Positions 48,681-64,000 of a stretch of DNA of 64,000 bases are shown in pieces; the stretch's first letter is position 1, and each line of letters opens with the position of its first letter. The translations under genes and the position numbers were made by a program. Source of the DNA: Marsupella aquatica (taxonomy: Eukaryota > Plantae > Marchantiophyta). A model generated the notes under the pieces. That model saw only the letters and a program-made list of their open reading frames with translations, had not been told where the DNA came from and did not search any database. The stretch covers positions 7,999,875 to 8,063,874 of the forward strand of contig OZ316891.1 of the NCBI GenBank assembly GCA_973895155.1, written 5' to 3'.

Positions 48681-50138
48681 AGTTTTCTTAACATTCATTG
48701 TAATTACTGATATATGCTCTTCCTCATTCCTATGTATTAAGCTACGGCTTAGTTCTGGTTTGCTCTAGTTAGAGAGGGAAACCAGTTTGGTTTTTGTCCA
48801 GAACTTCCCGCTGAGGGATCATATACATTGGCAGTATTACTCTCCCCTAGACCAGAATCAAGGGGAAGATTGTTGGGTATTTACTCTTACGTCTAGGTTA
48901 GGTATGACGTGGTTGGTACAACAACGTGGGTTGGTACAACTACGTGGTTAGGTACAACTACGTGATTAGGTACAACTATGTGGTTAGGTACAACTACGTG
49001 ATTAGGTACAACTATGTGGTTAGGTACAACTAAGTTGCACACTATATCATAAGAGGCATGTGTGCTTGGAGAGGTAGAACCAAGGCTCATTGTTATGGAG
49101 CCACTTGAGAGATAGGGAGAGCTTACACTGTGGAGACTCGGTATAGCTGACGGGCTTAGAGTTCAGTAAAGCTCTCTTGTGTGTTCCCGTGGACGTAGCC
49201 TCAAGGAGGTGAACCACGTATCTCTTGTGTCGACTATTGTGCGTTGGATGGTTCATGGGCTTGCCGTTGCGATCGTCGTCTATGCTCAACACATGGTTTC
49301 ATTACCCAGTAAGTGCATGGGAAATAGCATCACTTTATCAGGGCACAAATATCAGGTCAAAGATATCAGGGTATCAGGGTATGAGGAGTGCTATCAGGGC
49401 TTTGTGATGTGCTTCTCTCTAGGTCATCAATAGTTGTACTAGAGCAATATGAGACAATGTCAAGCTACACACACTATCCACAATTGCAATTAGGGTTTAA
49501 TGAATCAATTTGTTCTAGTTCAAGAACCCATGGGAGAATTTACAATTACCCATTTTGGGGGCTTAACAGCAATGACGACCTTTCATTTGATCTCGTTTTT
49601 TAAATGTATAACCCTATATGCAGCTGGAAAATTCTACTACATCATTGTTTTGTTTTATTAGACACATTAAAATGAGAGTATTTATCTCCTAGTAGTGAAG
49701 AATATTAAATGTCTCATGACTCATAAAGGAAGAAAAAAGTAAACAGAAATGGGTATGATAAGTGATAAAAATAAAGAAAAAGACAAGGGGCCGGAAGGTA
49801 CTAAGCATCTCCAGCGGTAGACCATCAGGGCCCACAGCCGCTATTCTCTCTCTTGTAACTGTCATTGTTTGGCAAGAATACACCCTGTTGGTGCCTCCAT
49901 CCCGTAATTTTTTGCCCCTACCACAAATACATTGCATGCCGACCTCCAATTTTTGGCAGAATGGTGGCAGAGGAGTAGCGCCCCTTCGCCAGCCTCCATA
50001 TGGATCCACCATTGAGCGTATACCACGCGGCAGCATTGGCGCCTGGGTCCAGCTTGGGGGCGAGAACTGGCACCTAGTTGGGGTCCAGCCTCGTGTTGAA
50101 CAGTGCACCTAGTATGTGAAGTTGGGGAGGTGCATTGC

Positions 50139-50900
50139 TATGGCAGCAAGTCGTGGGAAGAATTATTCAACCAAGGAACTAAAGCAAGTCTGCTACAACA
50201 TCTTACATGTGTCCCAAGACTCTACATGTGTCCCAAGACTCTACATGTGTCTCAAGACCCCTGTGTTGGTTCTGGGCAGAGAGCCAAAAGGTTTTGGGAA
50301 AGGGTGCAAGAGCACTATGAAAAGCACAAGCCACACGGTATAGCTCAGTCTAGGGGCAGAAAATTGCTGGAAGGAAAGTGGAGTGATATAAAACATGACG
50401 TTGCAAGGTTCATTGGAGTCTTTCAGCCGGTAGAGGACCTGCAAATTTCTGGGATGAATGATGATGATACGTTGAACTCTGGAAACAGAACCATACAAAC
50501 AGAACCATCCATAAGGTAAATCGTTCTCAGTGTTGCTTTTGAAATTGAAAGATTGCCCACCGTGGGGCAATCCAGCAGACAAGATGTCATCCAAGAAAGG
50601 GAACAAAGGTACAGCCAAAAGTGTGCCAATTTTAAAGGAGAACTCTCCTTCGAGTTTGATTGTGATTGAAAATAATTTTCAGTCGAGGGTGCTAAACAGG
50701 GCTTATCAGATGAAGCTGAGGATGTTGGGCGATGTGACAACAGGAAGAGACCTCAAGGCAATAAGAGGGTCAACAAGGATTCCAAGAGAATAAAGGTTTG
50801 AACATGAAGCTTTGAAGGCAAGTGTGTCTGCGCATAAGGAAATGGCTGCTGCAAATCGGGACTGAGTTGACGCTGTGGAAAAAATAACACTCTTGAAATT
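50139..50900 (+). pseudogene. PIF/Harbinger ORF1-type Myb/SANT-like (NAM-associated) protein remnant
   Basis: MAASRGKNYSTKELKQVC..LHVSQDPCVGSGQRAKRFWERVQEHY..RKLLEGKWSDIKHDVARFIG..SG fits this family's pattern. Frameshifted by a 19-bp triplication at 50204-50260. The 3' boundary is approximate. Confidence 0.7.
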
Positions 50901-53900
50901 GCTCACGTTGCCTACTGACCACTTGGCACCAGCAGTGCATGATTTTGACCCAGTGGACATTGGAAGAAGCAAATAAAATGAAAGAAAGGATGTAGAAGCC
51001 TGCTCACCACCTCCACGCCCTGTTCAACACCCTCCAGTGACTGTAGATGTAGATGTAGATGTAGAAGTTCCGGTTCCAAAACTTCTACCTCCAAACAGTC
51101 CGTTTTTACTTCCCAGGCACCATCAAAGACCAGCAGGATTTTCAGAATGAGATGGCCCGCCCCTTTTAGAGTATGACAAATTTATTACTTTTCTTTCCAT
51201 AGTTTAGAATGACCTTTACGCATGACAAGACAATTTCATAACTAGGAGAGAATTTTGAATAAATGGAGTTCCATATCCCGTCTATTCTTGGCTTTGTATG
51301 TTGTGCAAATTATGTAGAGACTGTAAAATTGGGAGCTATGAATGTGTTGTTGGCAGTTTCAAAAGAGTGACGGACGGAGGCAATTGTAGATACACTGGAA
51401 ACAAATATTCTGCTTTTCTGACATGATGTTTCCAAAGCAAATCTGAACTCCTTTGTAGATGCAAAAAAATGAATGTTTGTATGAAATCCATTGTCACAAA
51501 CCGCATTGAGTAAGGTCAGTTGTAGAAAGTCCAGTGCTGATCGATGTCACGAGATTCCCCCTCAAGATCGATGCCTCAAAAAGGCAGCTCAATTTCTTCC
51601 TTTCCGTGCTTACTTTCACTTTCCTTTGTGATGAGCCGCGTGCAAAGAAAACATACGTAATAGATTTGACGCACCACCTGTGGCTGACAAAATCCATACA
51701 CTCCAATTCTCCAAAGAGTAATGGGGGGGCGGTCAGACAAAAAAGTCCAAGTTGCATAATAGACATTATGAAACAGCAAACCTTCCATAATTGATTTGTT
51801 CCATTTCTGGTTTGAATCCATCCAATGCTCAAGGGAGTGCTCAAGTCCCACATGATTGAGAAACGCAACATAGATAATGACTATATGGACCGGCGCTCTA
51901 GTAGATATGGTGCTGGCAATGATAGAACTGTACTAGGGAGATTGTAATCTTATGAAAGTGAGTCAGAATTATTCTTCCTTTTCCTATGTGTAACGTCAAC
52001 TGAATCAGTCAACATTTGCATTTTTAAGATGGGCATGTTGTGTTATTCACCATTGATTTGGGACTGCTTGAATAGTGGGCCCAGTTATGAGTATTGAGGC
52101 GAATACAGAGAACTTGGCAATACAAAGACCATTTGGGGATACGTAGATGCACTGGGGTTTTTTTCTACAAATCTGTCCCCCAAATTAAATTACTTACTTT
52201 ACCGCTCATTGCATTTCATATCCCAAGTAAACTCAAAATGAAGCCTGGATAGACCTCTAGGTTTGTCAAAATGCTCCCATGGATTTTTGCAACTCAGCTG
52301 GACCTCATTGTACTCACAATGTGACCGGAAATATTCCCAATTAGTCCATCCCAACTGTGTGGTTTTTGTCTATGGTCCACAGGAACATCATTTTCCAGGT
52401 AAACTTTCACACTAAAAATGGTTCCCTTTTGAATAATTTCAATAATATAAAGTATGAACAAATTTGAGACCACACGATAGAACAAATCCATTGGAGCAGA
52501 AAGCCCAGGGTCAGATTATTGTTTTGTTTGGAAAAAATCCAAGGGAATTGAATCAATCGGAAGTGTTTTTCTTCTTGTTTCACTCTTCCCTGTAATAAAC
52601 AAAATGTATAATGGTCTTTCCTTAGGACTGCGTCCACTAGGGGCGAGGAGTACCTACGCTCCTTCTCCCAACCCTGGTATTCAGATACACTAAACATTAA
52701 TCCCTCAAAATCTGTAAATACGTTCATCTCTTGACAGTGCTTTGATTACTTGGGGAGAAGAGTCCCTTGATACTCAGATAATATTGATGTTTCCAACCTT
52801 GTCTTGCACAGTAAGAAGTTTTCTAAAGCTAGTCCTCTTTCCGTGGTATAGGCTCCTTACCCATATTGCTCCTCAGGTGCATCTCATTGAGCTTAATCCC
52901 TAATTGATACAGTTGTTACATTTAAATTAATAACAAAGAATCTACCTTTGAATACTATGAGCTGAGGATGGGAGCTTTTAGTTGGGAAGAAATCCAAAAG
53001 TCCAGTACACTTTAGTATGACGTTTCATTTTCATACAATGTGCAATGATATTCCCACTCCTTTCAAAACTGTGGTGCTCTATGCAGCTTCAATCATTATG
53101 GTAATATTCTCAACATAGCTAACCAACAGAACTTTCTGATAATGGCCAAATTGTGTGCAAACCTCGCTTGCGTTTTCTCTTTGCCACGTGATGTGTGTCC
53201 ACTCCTTTTAGCAAAACACTCTACTTAAAGAAGCGTTCTCCACTTATCAAGCTATTCAGAGAAATTTTGGAACAATTCATGTGGAGGCATGAAGACAACA
53301 TCTATGGAAGATTCTCACTTCAAAAGTTAAAGGGCAAATAGAACTACATGCAAAGAGAGAGAATGTCAAGACAAGTCCTTTGAGGGATAGAAGTAGCATC
53401 CACATTGAGATAAGGTTGACCAACCAAACAGTAGAGATAGATGTGCATGCAAGGAAAATTGTTGCATACAGGACTGTTCACAAAAAGAGGTAAAGCAAGA
53501 ATGTGCAAAGAATGAATGCCATGTAAGAGAAGGGAGCAATGATACACTATAAGCTCCACAATGCTTGTTCTCAAAATCTATTAATGTAGCTTTGACACAA
53601 TGTGAAAAAGTGAAGGTCTGTTTGATATTGCACTAGATTTTCCATTAGGTAGGAGATATGACATCATTTAGTGATCCCACTCCTAAGCTGCAGAGAACTT
53701 CACCAACCATACTACAGTAATCTGCCTCTGCGTCAGAACAAGTGGTTCACTACAGCGCCATGGCTTTGGTGTTCAGCTGCCTGTCATGTTTGGCCCCTTC
53801 CTGCTCTAGCCAGTTGCTATAGCAAAGGTCACAAACCATACTATACCAGCTTGCCTCTGCCCTTATTCATGTTGATTCCAACCGGGATTGCACATGGCTT

Positions 53901-55198
53901 TGCTGCCCAGCTGCCTGTCATGATTTCCTCCTCCTCCCCTAACCAACTTGAAAGATCAAAGGTCAGTAAGGGCCCTTCAAATGATTCCATCTAGGTTACC
54001 TTCTGCCTTAAATGTATCCAAATGCACTTTGTCAATTGTCTTTAATAATTGAAAAGTGACAAGTTTCTGGTCAGTCTCAGCAAGCTGGCCAATGCAATTT
54101 TGGAATAAGTGTCGCTGAAAAGCTCGCAATCCTCCCAAAAATGTGACTATGGTACCTTTCGCAAGCTGGTCAATGCGATTTTTGTAATGGCTGTCAGCAG
54201 CTGAAGCTCCGAATTCTCCCAAGAATGAATAGCACATGATATGTGGGAAACTTCCACATTTTCATTGATTATCCTGACTAGTCATAATGCCCATCCAATG
54301 CACGTTGGTCCCTCAATGTTGATCACGTCGCCCTTAGGGGAAGGTCTCACGTATTCCGGTATCTTTCTTTCAGGTTCACCCCTACATGGACCCCCTGGAA
54401 ATGCTGTTAATAGTATAGATAGGCAGTTATCTTAGGCAATTTCTTAGAAGCAAATTTCTGTTGTGGTTTATGGAATGTTGGTAAAAGCAATGTCATGTAT
54501 GCTAGGCAATCAATTGAACGCTGTAACAACAATTGGAAGGGTTGAAGGCTTAAAAAGTTAAGATTCATAAAGTCGAAGTTACTCCATGATAAGATGCCCG
54601 AAAGTCAAAGAGGCTGCGAGATGGTGAAGAGGTGATCCATGCACTTCTAGGAGTCTAACACCCTCTTGCTGGCAGCTTTGGAATAGCAGTGCCCAATGTT
54701 GAAAAAGGGCTACCCTTGAAAATGTGCCTCAAAGCCAAAAAAGATTGCAACAGTGGACTCCAGAACTAAATTGTGGCTGCCATGGCAATATTTCATTACA
54801 GATGAGAAGATATTCATAAAGGACCGACGCTCAGAGAATGGCCTGCTGGGTTCTTACCCAAAGGCCCGAAAGAAGTGCAAGAACTTTCAGAGCCTTCGTT
54901 ATCCATTGTGAAAAAACATATTTTACATTCTCAGGAAGTCACCGGTCTATAATTTCTACCTCACATTTAAGCTCTCTGACATTTTTACAAAACTCTCATC
55001 TGTCTTACTGTGTTTTGGCCTCCTAGCAGAACTGCTGTGGACGGAAATAAAGGTGCATTCAATCCTGTTTTGTAAACTTTTTCTCAGGCAAAACAGAATG
55101 TGTGCAACTTCTGATTGTCATTAAGCCCTGCATGAAATGGCCTTCTAATGAACAAGATTTGAGTTACAAAGATAACCCTTAACTAGATTAGTTGATAC

Positions 55199-61105
<5,907 letters not shown>

Positions 61106-61559
61106 ATCGATCGTTCGTTCTCAAGCTTCCTCGCTCAATGCACCGGATTCGGGATCAGCTCTTCTACCCCAGCAATTCACACAGCCGTAAGCTTCGCCCC
61201 GTAGGAGTCTGTCATCATCAATGTGGCCACTACTTGTAGCAAGAATTGTTGTTGCAGAGAAACCGAAAGGGAGAAAGAAACACAGCGCACATCACTGCAT
61301 TGCACGAGTGCTCGAGCAAGAGAAAGGAAAGTTCAAGAAGGTCCCTGCGAATTTCATTCTGTTTGGAATTTCCCCGGAGTGCACGGAATGGAACGAGCTA
61401 CAGCATGATTGTGTGTGAAATTGTGTATCACACATTCACACTCGTGGCCGAGGAATGTAGGAAAAGAAATAGGCCGCGCACAAACGGTGGACAGGTACGG
61501 TTCGTGGAGTCATAGCAAGATTTCGATGAATGGGACTCTGTTTTTATTTCACTCCTATT

Positions 61560-62270
61560 TGTTTTGGGGGGTTTGCATTTGTCCACTTCCTTGGCGTTCG
61601 GTTTTTTGAAGTTCTGGGGTTTGCATTTGTCCTGTTCTTTTCTTTTCTTTTCTTTTTTAGGAAATCTGTGAAACCCCACACAGAAAGTGAATAGTCAACC
61701 AGTACATTTTAACTCTAGACCTATGAGTCTCAAGTGACCTACCACACATTCATGTCTTTCTGGGCATTTGTCCTGTTCTTTTGAGTTCTATTTTTTTGAG
61801 TTTGCATTTGTCCTTTCTTTTGGGTTTGACCTCGCTACTGTAGACCTCTTTTTGCATTTTACTTGATAATACTTGTCTGGCCCTTTCGTAAGAATTGGTC
61901 CTTTTTTCCTCACTTGCCCTGCCTTCTAAGTTTATTGAAGCCTCTTCTGCTTTTAAAGGATTGTATGTTGTTTGGCACTTTTTTGTAAACTGGTCCTTTT
62001 GCCCCCTTTTGCCCTCTTCTTTTGAAGTTTGGTGTTTGTCCTGTCTAGGCCTCTTTTGCCTTTGCTCCATTGTAGGTTGTTTAGCCCTTGTCAGTAAATT
62101 GGCCCTTTGTAATAAAATGTGTCTCCTAAAAGTAGGTAGCCACAATGGACCACTCTAGAATGCCTGCTTTTTTTGGTATTTACTAGATCGTCACTCTTCT
62201 TTGTCTAAATGTATACTTTGTCGCTCTTTTCAATTTAATCTCTACTTTGTCATCTTTTTTATGTTGGTTA
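61560..62270. repeat. T-rich degraded repeat upstream of ALDH22A1 with a recurring gcatttgtcc motif
   Basis: gcatttgtcc at ~61575, 61623, 61764 and 61804; Lys-rich minus-strand ORF 61750-62145. Confidence 0.5.
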
Positions 62271-64000
62271 TTCAAAGTAACTCTAGGTTAACTTGAAATA
62301 ATCTGACTGTCGCCAGTAGATGGTCATGCATGTAGTCTACCCTAGCCACAGTGCCCCATCCAGCACTTGACATTGGGTTGGGTCTCTTACTTTGCTCTCA
62401 CCCCAACCTGCTCTGCCACGTCCTGATTGCTGGTTGGCTGCCACACTCCCCCATCAAGGATGTTAAAATTAATTTGAAGAAGGTGACAATCATCCAGTGA
62501 TGAAAACTGGCAGGATCTTGACCATTAGATCATTCCCAGCTAACTAACATTACTTTGCTTAAATAACCACTTGTGAAAAAGGTGACATTGTAGTAATCAA
62601 ATTAAAGTGAGTGATAAGTATGCACTTTGAAGAAAAGAAGTTTTCCAGTTCGGGTTTGGGGGGGGGGAGGGAAGCCCAAAATCATCATTCCAATGTCAGC
62701 AAGAGTGAGAGCTCACCAGTATGCAAGCCAGTTGGCAGCTTGCTTGAGAGCAGTTTCCTCTTTACAAAGGAAATAAAACTAAAGAGCAACAGCTCAAGCA
62801 AAACCCCCGGCAAAAAATCTTACTTATATAGCGCCAAGGGGAAGCTAGAGTCAGGGTGTAGGCTTCTAGAGTGAAGCAAGCCTCTAGACCGTGACTCTAG
62901 GGCCCCACCAAAGTATATGTGCATGTAAAGAAGATGTGCATAGACATGAAAGAAAAATTATTTCATTAATATATTTCAAGAATGGGAATAGGGATATTTT
63001 GTTAAGTTTTATTGTACTCTCCTTTACTCATTTTCAAATAACCGGGTAGTCAGGGCTAGTAACTGATAATTCGCAATCAAAAGCTACACTGAAAAGCTAC
63101 ACTCGGGAGCTTGTGGTCTAGTGTGAAGCCTCTAGAAAGTGACTGGGATGGAGACAACTTCTGGGGTAAAGAACCAGGTGGGGAAGGCAAGTGTGGTCCT
63201 AAGCAAAGTTTGGGCAGTCCCTAGTGTACAAAACAAGGCCAACAAGGCAGAATAACTCTGCCCTGAAATTCACATTGTCCATATTAATTAAAGCCCCTTG
63301 GTCACCCCTATGTGACACGGTCAGCCCCTAGATCAGTTATATTCCTGAAGTATATAGGCCCCACACAGTAGCGTAGTTGACTAGTTACAATAACAGTTGA
63401 CATTGCTGTTTGTTGGACCACTCTATCCTTTATGCCCACATTAATTGTCTTTGTTTTTCATTTTTGTTCTTTAAAGGTTTTTAATGAAAATATGACGCTG
63501 CGCCCAATGAAATTCCAAAGCCCAGCAGAGCAAAGATTTGTCTTTGGAATAAATGCTCGTGTTTGGGGGTGTTACTATAGAACTTTATTTTTTGCTTGCA
63601 TAGCTATTTGTTTTTGTATAAATTTGCAGGAATCCATACAACTTAGTCTTTCCTTCATCCAATCACACATTCAGCTAATCATGCCTGGGGTTAACTATCA
63701 CTTCTTGGCAGTGCTGGGTCATCATGTCCACTTTTTATTTGGACAGCTAATCTCAGAAATCAAACCATGAGATCAAACCAATATCACTCTGTTCGTAATA
63801 AGTAGCCTGACTATCCATTCTTTTGAGCATAAACATTAGCAAGCACCATAAAACCTTGCAAAAAAACAAAACTTAAGTATTCACACTCAATTGTTATTTT
63901 TTGCCATGCGCTGCACCCCCAAGATCAAGTGAAGCACATAGAGTTATGGTCTAGAGTGAAGCCTCTAGCCCTAGGTGAGGACCTAGGCCAAAAAAGTAGG

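Larger units (their letters stand above)
42831..49291 (+). mobile_element. Ty1/copia LTR retrotransposon (element B), young and full length
   Basis: LTRs 42831-43215 and 48871-49291 differ by one substitution plus 36 bp of repeat units. Perfect 5-bp TSD CATGG at 42826-42830 and 49292-49296. PBS tggtatcagagc at 43218-43229; PPT just before 48871. Confidence 0.98.

Noticed and set aside
51400-54800. Short ORFs downstream of ALDH22A1
   Set aside because: No recognisable motifs or consistent exon chain; probably decayed repeats, including a degenerate ~129-bp duplication at ~53700-53930.

Overview
Eukaryotic land-plant genomic DNA, most consistent with a bryophyte or other non-seed plant; the species cannot be determined from the sequence. 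From left to right the window contains: the last exon of an XTH-like gene; an 8-bp-TSD MITE; an 11-exon PH-domain gene (7173-13087, +) that the ORF track shows only in fragments; degraded repeats including a (TTAGG)13 tract; a CpG-rich ~6 kb region with many + strand splice signals, no long ORF and a ~350-nt foldback (candidate intron-rich pri-miRNA or lncRNA); a 4-exon THADA/Trm732 gene (-); two full-length, related but diverged Ty1/copia LTR retrotransposons 430 bp apart; a PIF/Harbinger Myb-like remnant; and a 14-exon ALDH22A1 gene (-). The most striking observation is that both copia elements carry an in-frame TGA at the same position between gag and pol. In both, the frame and the 16-codon spacing to the protease are kept, a GYAL peptide follows the stop, and a stem-loop lies downstream, which suggests programmed stop-codon readthrough. 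The two elements also share a putative leader intron and have swapped U3 regions, and one carries a repeat-spacer array in its leader. All exon structures and alignments were made by eye and no database searches were run.
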